A DNA stretch of 64,000 nt from Candidatus Omnitrophota bacterium (GTDB lineage Bacteria; Omnitrophota; Gorgyraeia; Zapsychrales; Fredricksoniimonadaceae): positions 49,648-113,647 of the forward strand of contig JACQCF010000014.1 in NCBI GenBank assembly GCA_016201795.1, given 5' to 3'. The notes below the pieces were generated by a model, which ran no database searches, had not been told where the DNA came from, and worked only from the letters and a program-made list of their open reading frames with translations. This document shows positions 1 to 9,136 of the stretch, piece after piece. Numbering within the stretch: the first letter of the stretch is position 1; the number at the start of each line of letters is the position of its first letter. A program made the position numbers and the translations under genes.

Positions 1-2
1 TG

Positions 3-332
3 ATTGTCGTTATGGTTTTTGTCAGTATGGCGACCATCATGGTCACGCTCTTTGTTTCTCACAAAATTGCGGGACCCTTATATCGTTTCAAGCAAACCTT
101 TAAAGAACTTTCTCAAGGGCGTTTCACCAACCAAGTTAAGCTCAGGGAAGGTGACCAGCTTCAGGAAGTCGCTGGAGACTTCAACCAGATGATCACGACC
201 GTCCGTACGCAGGTGCAGACAGCTCAAGAGCAACTGGCGGCTATTAAGAAGGATGTGGAGCAAAGCGGCGATGCCGGACTTAAAGGGAAATTCCAGCAAT
301 TGGAAAAGGCGGTCAACTTTTTTAAGGTATGA
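3..332 (+). CDS. HAMP-domain membrane protein with coiled-coil tail, 5' truncated by the window edge
   Basis: TM helix followed by SHKIAGPLYR...LREGDQLQEVAGDFNQM, a HAMP signature; frame is open to the window start. Confidence 0.7.
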   Translation: MVVMVFVSMATIMVTLFVSHKIAGPLYRFKQTFKELSQGRFTNQVKLREGDQLQEVAGDFNQMITTVRTQVQTAQEQLAAIKKDVEQSGDAGLKGKFQQLEKAVNFFKV

Positions 333-925
333 TGCGGCCTAAGACCAATCTCCTTAGTGTTTTGATCTTTGCGATGGCGGTAGTTGCCGTTTCCCTGTCA
401 TGGGCGGCTACTGTCGACGACGGATTTTCCGTCGGCCATAAGATCGAAACCCGTCATTTTAATGTTTTTATCGCACCTGGTGTCGATGACGCCTTGTTGA
501 TCAGATCGCTCGATATCGGGCCGGAACATAAAATTCTCTCCGGTCAGTCCACCGCCGGCGTTTCTTATTCGGCCAATAATCTGGGCGACCTTTTGGACGT
601 GCTCTTTGGCTGGGTTTGTAACGTCCTGGACATGAAGCTTTACAGTTACAAGGGCGTCATCAAGATTGCGCGCGACGAGAACGAGCTTAAAGGGGTTTTT
701 CGCAAATTGTACGGCCAGGAAGGTTATTCCCAAAAGGCATTTTATGTCTCTGAGCTTAACACCATTTACATCGCGGCCCCGGACTTTACGAAGGAGATCT
801 TAAGCCACGAGATGGGGCACGCCATTATGGGTAGTTATTTTGTGGTCCAGCCACCGGAAAAAATCGCCGAGGTCCTGGCGGGATATATCGAATATCAATT
901 ACGCAAGAGCAATACGCAGCCTTGA
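329..925 (+). CDS. Secreted hypothetical protein, possible zincin metallopeptidase
   Basis: Signal peptide ending SWA; HEMGH followed by a downstream Glu (KIAE); ATGA overlap with the upstream gene. Confidence 0.55.
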   Translation: MMRPKTNLLSVLIFAMAVVAVSLSWAATVDDGFSVGHKIETRHFNVFIAPGVDDALLIRSLDIGPEHKILSGQSTAGVSYSANNLGDLLDVLFGWVCNVLDMKLYSYKGVIKIARDENELKGVFRKLYGQEGYSQKAFYVSELNTIYIAAPDFTKEILSHEMGHAIMGSYFVVQPPEKIAEVLAGYIEYQLRKSNTQP

Positions 926-981
926 GCGTCGTATTCCACATTAAATCATAGGTCTCAAAATAGAAAGGAAGGGGTAAGGAC

Positions 982-1743
982 ATGTCATTTTTATTAATTC
1001 CGTTTTTAATTATAGTTTTTGTTTCCTCAGTCAGGATTATTCAGCAGTACGAAACAGGGGTGGTTTTTCAGCTGGGCAGATATTCTAGAACGCTTCATCC
1101 GGGATTCAATTTGATTATTCCTGTGATTGAGTCGGCAAGGGTTATCGATATGAGGGTATTGACCAACGATATCCCTAAACAGCAGGCTATCACTAAGGAC
1201 AATGTGCCGGTATCCATCAATGGGGTGGTCTATTTTCAAGTGGTGGATGCTCAAACGGCCGTTATTAAAGTTCAGAATTATTTGTACGCGGTTTCACAAT
1301 ATGCCCAGGCGGCCTTGAGGGATGTGGTGGGTGGGATGACGTTTGATGATCTTTTGGCCGAAAGGCAAAAGATTGGTGATGAAATTGAAGCCATCATTCA
1401 AAAACAAGCATCGAACTGGGGTCTTCAAGTAACAGCCATCAAGATTTTAGATGTGGATGTGCCTGAAGAATTAAAAAAGATGATGTCCCGGCAGGCTTCC
1501 GCGGAAAGAGAGAAAAGAGCAAACATTACCAAGGCAGAAGGGGATAAGCTAGCCTCTGTCAATCTGGCTGAAGCAGCAAGGATCATGGCTCAGTCCCCGG
1601 GTGCCATGCAGTTAAGAACCCTTCAAACGCTTGATGGTCTTGGGCCTACGGCATCCAACACCGTCGTTCTTGCGGTTCCCATCGATGTATTGGACTTGGT
1701 CAGAGCGGCTACAACTAAACTTGCAGAAAAGAAACAAGAATAA
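982..1743 (+). CDS. SPFH/band-7 stomatin-like protein
   Basis: N-terminal TM; TKDNVPV, RQASAEREKRA and GAMQLRTLQTL stomatin motifs. Confidence 0.92.
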   Translation: MSFLLIPFLIIVFVSSVRIIQQYETGVVFQLGRYSRTLHPGFNLIIPVIESARVIDMRVLTNDIPKQQAITKDNVPVSINGVVYFQVVDAQTAVIKVQNYLYAVSQYAQAALRDVVGGMTFDDLLAERQKIGDEIEAIIQKQASNWGLQVTAIKILDVDVPEELKKMMSRQASAEREKRANITKAEGDKLASVNLAEAARIMAQSPGAMQLRTLQTLDGLGPTASNTVVLAVPIDVLDLVRAATTKLAEKKQE

Positions 1744-1800
1744 GGTAGTATCAAAATTTTTATGAAAAATGAGTATGGAATGGGGTAAGGGATATGAAAT

Positions 1801-2205
1801 TTCCCCCTCCCCTTGTGGGAGGGGTTAGGGGAGGGGAATTTGAAAAAAAGCTTAACAAAAACTGCCAGAGGACTAAGAAATAACGCTACGGAGGCTGAAA
1901 AACATCTTTGGTATATGCTGTGTCTCAAAAATCTTGGCGTTAAATTTCGCAGGCAAGCGCTGATAGGCCGTTACATAGGTGATTTTGTATGCTTTGAAAA
2001 GCGGTTGGTCATTGAAATTGATGGTGGACAACATGCGGATAGTGAGAATGACAAAATCCGCGATAGATGGCTTAGAGCAGAAGGATTTGAAGTGTTAAGG
2101 TTTTGGAATCATGATATGCTGAGGAATCGAGATGGGGTACTAGAAAAGATTACGGAACGATTGAATACCCCCACCCTGACCCTCCCCACAGGGGGGAGGG
2201 AATCC
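1801..2205 (+). mobile_element. Putative DUF559-carrying element bounded by imperfect inverted GC-rich hairpin arms
   Basis: Left arm ttccccctccccttgtgggaggggttaggggagggg (1801-1836) and right arm cccccaccctgaccctccccacaggggggagggaatcc (2168-2205) flank the nuclease core; gene-less copies at 29961 and 41767. Confidence 0.55.
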
Positions 2206-2250
2206 ATGTTACCAAAACTCTCTGGAAGCATTAAAGATAAGAAAATTTAG
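1840..2250 (+). CDS. DUF559 (Vsr-like) endonuclease domain protein
   Basis: ARGLRNNATEAE, FRRQ..IGRYIGDF, LVIEIDGGQH and RD..L...GFEVLRFWN motifs; TTG start behind a GGAGGGG SD supplied by the left arm. Confidence 0.85.
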   Translation: MKKSLTKTARGLRNNATEAEKHLWYMLCLKNLGVKFRRQALIGRYIGDFVCFEKRLVIEIDGGQHADSENDKIRDRWLRAEGFEVLRFWNHDMLRNRDGVLEKITERLNTPTLTLPTGGRESMLPKLSGSIKDKKI

Positions 2251-2297
2251 ATTAAAAATTTTTGACAATACGCAAGAATAAAAAATGGAGGATTTCT

Positions 2298-2918
2298 ATG
2301 CCCATAACCAAGAAAATCAAATGGTCCATCGAAGCAGACTTTCTTCAAGGGTGCAATTGCAATTACGGATGCCCGTGTGAATTTGAGGCGCCCCCCACGC
2401 TAGGGTATTGTGAAGGTCTGGGCGTCTGGAAGATCCGTAAAGGTCGTTATGGCCAAATGTCTTTAAACGGCTTAGGCTTTGCTTTTTGCGCCAAATGGCC
2501 GGCGGCCATTCATCAGGGCAACGGTACTGCCGCGCTTTTCTTCGACGAGCGCGCCACCACCCCGCAACGCGAAGCACTCTGGCAGATTGCCAGCGGCCAG
2601 GCTGGCGGGCTGCCCTTCGAGATCATTGCCACCACTTTTAGCAAGGTGTTCGACCCCGTTTATGTGCCGTTTAAATTTCATAACAAAGGCCGCAACAGCT
2701 CTGCCCGCGTCGGGGATGCGCTGGCCGTTGCCCTTGAACCCATCAAAAATCCGGTCACCGGTGATGCGGAAAGCATTAAAATCAAGCATGGCACCGGCTT
2801 TATCTTTAAAGAAGCCGAATGCGTTTCCGCTAAAGAATGTCGCTCCGCATTCAAGAAAATTCGTTTTTCTTGGCCTGGCAAAGGCGGTTTTATCAGTAAA
2901 ATTAAATACAGTAATTGA
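2298..2918 (+). CDS. DUF1326 Cys-rich putative metal-binding protein
   Basis: CNCNYGCPC..PT.GYCEG motif; GGAGG SD before ATG 2298; adjacent to DUF2182, its usual partner. Confidence 0.85.
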   Translation: MPITKKIKWSIEADFLQGCNCNYGCPCEFEAPPTLGYCEGLGVWKIRKGRYGQMSLNGLGFAFCAKWPAAIHQGNGTAALFFDERATTPQREALWQIASGQAGGLPFEIIATTFSKVFDPVYVPFKFHNKGRNSSARVGDALAVALEPIKNPVTGDAESIKIKHGTGFIFKEAECVSAKECRSAFKKIRFSWPGKGGFISKIKYSN

Positions 2919-2926
2919 GGGATAGT

Positions 2927-3673
2927 ATGGACAATGTTGCCCAGCGTCGTTTGATCCTTATTAGTCTGGGGGTTCTGGTGGCGGTGGCGTGGGTTGTGAT
3001 GGTTTACCAGGCCAGACAGATGACTTTAAACAAAAGCGTGTGTTGTTTGGCCGTGGTACATCCCTGGCAGGTGGCTGAAGGTTGGTCGGCGTTGACCATG
3101 TGGGTGGTCATGATGGCCGGCATGATGGTGCCTTCCGCCGTGCCCATGGTCTTGATGTTTGCCGCGCTTAATCGTCGGCGGGGGGATGGGTATAACACCG
3201 TGGTGTCTACCTGGTTTTTTGTTGGCGGCTACTTGATTGTCTGGGCGGGGTTTAGTGTTCTGGCCACCGCTTTACAATGGTATTTACAGCAGCAGGCCTT
3301 GCTTTCTGCGTTCATGGCCAGCGCTCATCCGTGGTTTGGTGGTTTTTTATTGATCCTGGCAGGTGTTTTTCAATGGACGCCGCTCAAGCAGACATGCCTG
3401 AGATTCTGCCAGACACCTTTTGGTTTTTTGATGACCGGCTGGCGTCAAGGTAACGGCGGTGCTTTGGTGATGGGCCTTCATCATGGCATGTATTGTGTGG
3501 GCTGTTGCTGGGCCCTGATGGGGCTTCTGTTCGTGCTAGGGGTGATGAACCTGTGGTGGATCCTGGCACTAAGTTTTTTTGTCCTCGCTGAGAAAGTAAT
3601 CCCTCCTCAAATGGCGTTTAGCCGTATGGCTGGATGGGCACTGGTCATCTGGGGTTTGGTGCTGGTGTTTTAG
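2927..3673 (+). CDS. DUF2182 predicted metal-binding integral membrane protein
   Basis: MWVVMMAGMMVPS, FQWTPLKQTCLRFC and YCVGCCWALM motifs. Confidence 0.88.
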   Translation: MDNVAQRRLILISLGVLVAVAWVVMVYQARQMTLNKSVCCLAVVHPWQVAEGWSALTMWVVMMAGMMVPSAVPMVLMFAALNRRRGDGYNTVVSTWFFVGGYLIVWAGFSVLATALQWYLQQQALLSAFMASAHPWFGGFLLILAGVFQWTPLKQTCLRFCQTPFGFLMTGWRQGNGGALVMGLHHGMYCVGCCWALMGLLFVLGVMNLWWILALSFFVLAEKVIPPQMAFSRMAGWALVIWGLVLVF

Positions 3674-3709
3674 TCCCCATTTGAAATTTATACTCAATGA
3701 AGAGATAGG

Positions 3710-4864
3710 ATGGATGTGAATCAAAGAATTCGTTTTGACCGTAATGAATTATCCGGAGCCTTCGGCGATATTGGCACAGATTTTCCTTTAATTGTCGGGA
3801 TGATCTTAACAGCTGGTTTGGATGCCACCAGTGTGCTGGTGATGTATGGCCTGATGCAAATGGCCACGGGCCTTATTTATCAAAGACCCATGCCGGTGCA
3901 GCCATTGAAGGTCGTTGCGATGATTGTCATTACACAAAAACTGACCGGTCCCACCCTCTATGGCGGCGGTTTAGCTATCGCTTTCATTATGTTGTTGCTA
4001 ACACTCACTCGCTCTTTGGATTGGTTGGCAAGAAGCGTTCCTAAATGTGTGGTGCGTGGTATTCAAGCAGGACTTGGGTTAAATCTGGCCCTATTGGCAT
4101 TAAAAGATTACGTGGGGCGTGACGGAGTAAACGGATATATTTTAGCGGCTGCTGCGTTTGTGTTAATTTTGTTTTTACTGCCTAATAAAAGATTCCCGGC
4201 TGCTTTGGCTGTGATTGGATTGGGTTTAGTCTATGCATTTGTTTTTAAGCTCAATTTATCAGATTTAAAGACAGCGGTTAGTGTTCATCTTCCCAGTCTC
4301 TCTATCCCGTCAAGCCATGATATATGGACCGGGTTTTTGTTGTTAGCGATTCCTCAAATTCCTTTGTCTTTAGGGAATTCCATTCTTGCCACCCGTCAGG
4401 TGAATGATGATTTATTCCCTCAACGACCGCTCACCATTCGCAAAATCGGTTTTACCTACAGCCTGATGAACTTCATTAGCCCGTTGTTTGGCGGGGTACC
4501 GGTGTGCCATGGTTCAGGAGGCATGATGGGCCACTATACTTTTGGGGCGCGTACGGGAGGGTCTTTGTTGATTTATGGAGGGATGTATTTGATTTTAGGG
4601 TTATTTTTATCCCAAGGATTCTCAAAAGTCATTAACATTTTTCCCATACCCATTTTAGGGACCATTCTTTTTATTGAAGCGCTTGCTTTGATGATGCTGG
4701 TCAAAGATATCAGTGGCAACAAAACTGAGCTGTGGATTGCATGGATGGTGGCGCTGATGTCTTGCGCCTTACCTAATGGGTTTGTTATTGGCTTAGTTGC
4801 AGGGATTCTGGTGCATTGGATTCAGTCAAATCGGTCATTAATAAATAATTTTGATTTACATTAG
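3710..4864 (+). CDS. MOT1-family molybdate/sulfate transporter
   Basis: ELSGAFGDIGT, PMPVQPLK and PVCHGSGG...FGARTG motifs; multi-TM. Confidence 0.85.
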   Translation: MDVNQRIRFDRNELSGAFGDIGTDFPLIVGMILTAGLDATSVLVMYGLMQMATGLIYQRPMPVQPLKVVAMIVITQKLTGPTLYGGGLAIAFIMLLLTLTRSLDWLARSVPKCVVRGIQAGLGLNLALLALKDYVGRDGVNGYILAAAAFVLILFLLPNKRFPAALAVIGLGLVYAFVFKLNLSDLKTAVSVHLPSLSIPSSHDIWTGFLLLAIPQIPLSLGNSILATRQVNDDLFPQRPLTIRKIGFTYSLMNFISPLFGGVPVCHGSGGMMGHYTFGARTGGSLLIYGGMYLILGLFLSQGFSKVINIFPIPILGTILFIEALALMMLVKDISGNKTELWIAWMVALMSCALPNGFVIGLVAGILVHWIQSNRSLINNFDLH

Positions 4865-4995
4865 TTTTGTGGTGTTTTTGTGCTACAATTTTTTTGTTTA
4901 AGACATTTTAATTTATATCCAAGGCCGTCCCTTCTAGGGACGAGCCTCGTCATTTCCTTCTTAGAAGGAATGAGGAAAAATGACGGGAGGGTATC

Positions 4996-5475
4996 GTGAT
5001 CTTACGTCTCTTATTAGGAATGATATTTTTAGCGGTGACCGCCGGCTGTGCTACCACCAGGGTCAAAACCGAACAAGAACAGCTGCAGAGCCGCGTCACA
5101 GCGCTCGAGAAGAAGGCGGAAGAGAAAGATTCCGAAATCGTTGATCTTCAGTATCAGGTCAAAGACCTTTCCGGCAAGGTCAGTACAAAAGATACTGCTG
5201 ATACTTCTGTGGCAGATGATACCGAGGCCTTGGCCGCTTCCAAAACCTCCTCTCATAAAACATCCGCTAATGATATCATCCGTGTCGATGTTAGTGTTAA
5301 GAATGTGCAGACAGCCCTGAAAAATGCCGGCGTTTATTCCGGTAAGATTGACGGCAAGGCTGGATCTGCCACCAAAGAAGCGATCATAGAATTCCAGCAA
5401 GAGCATCATTTGACCGCTGACGGCGTCCTGGGGCGTAAGACCTGGGGGCTCCTCAAGTCCTACTTGAAAGAATAG
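4996..5475 (+). CDS. Lipoprotein with coiled coil and peptidoglycan-binding (PG_binding_1) domain
   Basis: Lipobox TAGC; VQTALKNAGVYSGKIDG..G..T..AI..FQ....L.ADG..G..TW. Confidence 0.85.
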   Translation: MILRLLLGMIFLAVTAGCATTRVKTEQEQLQSRVTALEKKAEEKDSEIVDLQYQVKDLSGKVSTKDTADTSVADDTEALAASKTSSHKTSANDIIRVDVSVKNVQTALKNAGVYSGKIDGKAGSATKEAIIEFQQEHHLTADGVLGRKTWGLLKSYLKE

Positions 5476-5501
5476 GTTTTCTGCACTACAATTAATCCCT
5501 T

Positions 5502-5726
5502 GTGGCCAACCGTTGGATTTTCTTTACCATTCTTTTTGCCGCCTGTATTTTAGGCTCGATCGGTATTTTTATTTTTGCCGTCGGTCTGGAAACCGGCAAC
5601 CGCATTGTCAATTTTACCATGAAAGCCCTGATTGAACATGCGACGGCGGTGTTGGTCTTATTTGGGATATTTAATATCATCGTGTTTTGCATTTATGTGA
5701 AGGTGCGCAAGAATCTTCGACTATGA
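5502..5726 (+). CDS. Small two-TM membrane protein
   Basis: Two hydrophobic helices; ATGA overlap with the next gene; TTGAAA-N17-TACAAT upstream. Confidence 0.55.
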   Translation: MANRWIFFTILFAACILGSIGIFIFAVGLETGNRIVNFTMKALIEHATAVLVLFGIFNIIVFCIYVKVRKNLRL

Positions 5727-6778
5727 TTAATCTGGATGTTATTTCCGAAGAACAGCTTTTAAAGACGCGTTTGTGCGATTTACCCGTTGCCATCGAAGGC
5801 ACGTGGCTGCAGGAATGCGTGGGGGAACTTTATCGAGAGCTGGATGCCAAGGGTTTAGTTTTTCATCCGGAATGTTATCTGGCGGACGAATGGCTGACAC
5901 CCGAGAAAGAGACGGTCATCGGTATTCCTTTTTATCTGGCGCATCCGACGCTCATTAAGCTTGAGCATAAAATGATGCTGGAGGCCGAAGGCGAGAGTAA
6001 GGCCTGGTGTATGCAGCTGCTGCGTCATGAGGCCGGCCACGCATTTTCCTATGCCTATGATTTGCACCAACGCCACGACTGGCAAAAGACTTTCGGGTCC
6101 TCCGAGGAAGAATACGGCGACACGTATAAATTCAAACCCTACAGTAAAAGTTATGTGCGTCATATCGATGGTTTCTATGCCCAATACCATCCGGATGAGG
6201 ATTTCGTCGAGACTTTCGCGGTGTGGCTGACGCCGGATTCTAACTGGCAGCAAACTTACCAGGGATGGAAGGCGCTCAAGAAATTGCAGTTGGTGGATGA
6301 ATTAATGAATACGATCAAGGGCAAGCCCTCTTTGAAGAAAAAGGGCCGTAAGCTCTGGAATCAGAAAAAATTGACTATCACGCTAGAGAAGTATTACCGC
6401 CGCAAAAAAGCACATGAACAGGAGGACTTTCCCGATTTTTACGACGTGCAGTTAAATAAGATTTTTAAGAGCCTGACTCATGAAGAATGGCTGGCCTTTC
6501 GCAAAGAACGGCGCAAGAATAAAAATCTCATGAGCGCCGAGAATCTCATTCGTAAGTACAATAAAAATCTTTTAAATAGTATTGACCGATGCACCGGCGA
6601 GCGCAAATATATGATCAGTGATTTGCTCAAGAACATCAGTTTGCGGGCCAGGCAGCTGAATATGATTGTCGCGGATGATTCGATTCATAGCCTGATACAA
6701 TTGTCGGTGTATGTCACTAGTTTGGTGATGAATTATGTACACACCGGCTGGTATCGGGGGAAAAACAAACGGACATGA
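5723..6778 (+). CDS. Putative zinc-binding metallopeptidase (Peptidase_Mx-like)
   Basis: LLRHEAGHA plus YAQYHPDEDFVETFAVW; coupled to an ATP-grasp gene. Confidence 0.8.
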   Translation: MINLDVISEEQLLKTRLCDLPVAIEGTWLQECVGELYRELDAKGLVFHPECYLADEWLTPEKETVIGIPFYLAHPTLIKLEHKMMLEAEGESKAWCMQLLRHEAGHAFSYAYDLHQRHDWQKTFGSSEEEYGDTYKFKPYSKSYVRHIDGFYAQYHPDEDFVETFAVWLTPDSNWQQTYQGWKALKKLQLVDELMNTIKGKPSLKKKGRKLWNQKKLTITLEKYYRRKKAHEQEDFPDFYDVQLNKIFKSLTHEEWLAFRKERRKNKNLMSAENLIRKYNKNLLNSIDRCTGERKYMISDLLKNISLRARQLNMIVADDSIHSLIQLSVYVTSLVMNYVHTGWYRGKNKRT

Positions 6779-7824
6779 AAAGGAAACTCAAAGTCCTCAT
6801 GCTTTTTTACAGCCCTTATCAGAAACCGCGCGGCTATGATTACAAAGAAGAGTTTGCTGACCCGGATAATATGTACACGGAAAAAGATGTTTGGAAGGCG
6901 CTCAAAGATCTGGAGCATGAGGTGAGTTTGCTGGGGGTTTACAATGATATCAGCCCTTTGTTCGAGGAGATTAAAGAAAATAAACCCGATGTGATTTTCA
7001 ATATGATGGAGGTCTTCAACGACCAGACCCACCTGGAAAAGAATTTAGCCGCGCTTCTTGAGGTTTTAGGTATTCCTTTCACCGGTGCCTCCTCGGGGGT
7101 TTTGTATTTGTGTAACAATAAGGCCTTGCATAAAAAGATTTTTAATTATCACCGCATTAAAGTGCCGCGTTTTCATGATTTTGTCCGCGGCAGCCGCGTG
7201 TTTGTGCCGGCTAAATTCCGATTGCCCGCCGTGGTGAAGCCTTTATGCGAAGAAGCTTCCCGCGGTATTTCTCAGGCCTCGATGGTGGATACCGCCGAGG
7301 CTTTTGTGGAGCGGGTCAAATTCATCCACCAGAACATGGGGATGGATGCCATCGCCGAGGAATATATCGATGGCCGGGAATTGTATGTCACCGCCATGGG
7401 GTATAAGCCCATGGTGGTATTTCCCCCGCGGGAGATGGTATTTAAGAACATACCTGAAGAACAACCGCGTATCGCCACTTATAAAGCCAAATGGGACGAT
7501 AATTACCGTAAACGCTGGGGTATTGATAGCATCGCTGCCCAAAATCTTGATCAGATCATTCGCAAGCATATCGACGATGTTTGCCGGCGCGCCTATCGGG
7601 CCTTGGATGCCAGAAGCTATTTGCGTTTTGACCTGCGTCTGACAGAAGGCGGCGAGGTTTATATCATTGAGCCTAATGCCAATCCCTGCATTGCCCGCAT
7701 TGACGAAATGGCCCAGGCCGCGCATTTGGCCGGTGTCAGCTATCCAGAATTGATTCAACGGGTTCTGGAACAGGCCATTACCCTTAATCAGCAGGCCCGT
7801 TTAACCAAGAAAGCTAAATCATGA
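6775..7824 (+). CDS. ATP-grasp peptide ligase, D-Ala-D-Ala-ligase-like
   Basis: PFTG, VVKP..E..S.GI, EEYIDGRE, YKAKW, RFDLR and EPNANP motifs. Confidence 0.85.
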   Translation: MKRKLKVLMLFYSPYQKPRGYDYKEEFADPDNMYTEKDVWKALKDLEHEVSLLGVYNDISPLFEEIKENKPDVIFNMMEVFNDQTHLEKNLAALLEVLGIPFTGASSGVLYLCNNKALHKKIFNYHRIKVPRFHDFVRGSRVFVPAKFRLPAVVKPLCEEASRGISQASMVDTAEAFVERVKFIHQNMGMDAIAEEYIDGRELYVTAMGYKPMVVFPPREMVFKNIPEEQPRIATYKAKWDDNYRKRWGIDSIAAQNLDQIIRKHIDDVCRRAYRALDARSYLRFDLRLTEGGEVYIIEPNANPCIARIDEMAQAAHLAGVSYPELIQRVLEQAITLNQQARLTKKAKS

Positions 7825-8600
7825 AACTGACACACCCTTTAGTGGCCTTGGATCTGGAAACCACCGGTACCTGGATTGAAAAGGACCGCATTATTGAAAT
7901 CGCCCTTATTAAAGTTCATCCCGACGGGAAAAAAGAGAACTTTGCCACCAAAGTCAATCCAGCCATGCCTATTCCCGCGCGGGTAACGGAAATAACCGGT
8001 ATTAGCAATGCCGACGTCAAAGACGCGCCCGCCTTCGGCAATATTGCGGGAAAGGTATTGCAATTTATCGGTGAGGCGGATTTGGGTGGTTTTAACATTG
8101 AGCGTTTTGACCTGCCTTTATTAGCCCGAGAATTCGCCGACGCGGGTTTGAAATTTGATTACAGCCAGCACACTATTTATGACGCGCAGAAAATTTATCA
8201 TCTCCACGAGAGGCGGGATTTGTTTGCCGCTTTTGCTTTTTATTGCCACCAGGAACTTAAAAGTGCCCATTCGGCGCTGGTGGATGCGCAGGCTGCTTTA
8301 AGCATCCTGGAGGAACAGGTCAAACGTTATGGCCAGGGAAAAGAACACGCGCAAGTGCTTAAAGCTTTTGATTATGAACCCAATAATGAGTTTTTCGATG
8401 GGGACCGTAAATTTCGATGGTGGAACGGGGATTTGTATATGACCTTTGGCAAATACGCCAGGAAAGAGCCGCTCAAGGTCATTGCCAAAAAGGATCCGCA
8501 TTATTTGCAATGGATTCTGGAGAAGGATTTCAGCGACGACGTTAAAGCGATGATTCAGGGCGTTTTAGGTGGTCGGTATCCCAAACAAGACCCGCCATAG
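7821..8600 (+). CDS. DEDDh 3'-5' exonuclease (DNA pol III epsilon-like)
   Basis: DLETTG, FNIERFD and AHSALVD motifs; C-terminal FGKY...DPHYLQW module. Confidence 0.9.
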   Translation: MKLTHPLVALDLETTGTWIEKDRIIEIALIKVHPDGKKENFATKVNPAMPIPARVTEITGISNADVKDAPAFGNIAGKVLQFIGEADLGGFNIERFDLPLLAREFADAGLKFDYSQHTIYDAQKIYHLHERRDLFAAFAFYCHQELKSAHSALVDAQAALSILEEQVKRYGQGKEHAQVLKAFDYEPNNEFFDGDRKFRWWNGDLYMTFGKYARKEPLKVIAKKDPHYLQWILEKDFSDDVKAMIQGVLGGRYPKQDPP

Positions 8601-8611
8601 GCGGGTCAAGA
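8586..8611. repeat. Micro-palindrome acccgccataggcgggt with CAAGA direct repeats
   Basis: caaga at 8586-8590 and 8607-8611, a 21-bp period; the hairpin supplies the exonuclease TAG stop. Confidence 0.7.
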
Positions 8612-8634
8612 GGCTTGTTAAAGCAGAAACACCT

Positions 8635-9051
8635 ATGATTAATCAAAACAAAACTCGGTGGTTCATGCTGGCGCTGGTAGCGGCAGGGGTGACCATGTTT
8701 TTTTTGAGTTTGAAACAAAATAATCAGCCCTCCAATAAAGTGGCCCTGCAGGAGGTCGTTCAAGACCCTGTGCCTTCACCGGCGATTGTCACCAGCCCCG
8801 AAGGCGGCCAGGAGACTGGTTTTGCCGTGCAGGTCTATTCATTTGGGGATAAGAACAGGGCACAGGCAGCTTTAACCAATCTTAAAAACAATGGTTACAA
8901 GGCTTATTTGGTCATCAGCGATTTGGGACCCAAAGGGATATGGTATCGGGTGCGCATCGGTGGTTTGCAAAATGAACTCCAGGCCAGGGCCATGCTCAAT
9001 GAGGTGCGTAAAATTTATCATAGCGGCTTTATCGTCAAACCTAAAAAGTAA
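8635..9051 (+). CDS. SPOR-domain membrane-anchored protein
   Basis: TM helix, then FAVQVYSF...A...L...GY.AY and WYRVRIG. Confidence 0.85.
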   Translation: MINQNKTRWFMLALVAAGVTMFFLSLKQNNQPSNKVALQEVVQDPVPSPAIVTSPEGGQETGFAVQVYSFGDKNRAQAALTNLKNNGYKAYLVISDLGPKGIWYRVRIGGLQNELQARAMLNEVRKIYHSGFIVKPKK

Positions 9052-9136
9052 TACTTCACAGTCGACGACAATGGTAAGGCCAAGTCCTATAAAAACAAGT
9101 TGCTAGCCTTTGTCGATTCAGATAGAATAGCGCGTT

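Noticed and set aside
1623-1928. Minus-strand 101-aa ORF containing PSPNPSHKGRG
   Set aside because: It is the translation of the repeat arm plus antisense of the SPFH and DUF559 genes, with no independent coding signal.
6775-7824. Calling the ATP-grasp gene ddl or a vancomycin-resistance ligase
   Set aside because: It lacks the N-terminal GG.S.E motif of Ddl/Van ligases and has no mur or van context.
9046-9056. aagtaatactt, matching half of the RHH operator
   Set aside because: It is a single AT-rich half-site overlapping a stop codon, is not linked to metal genes, and is probably chance.
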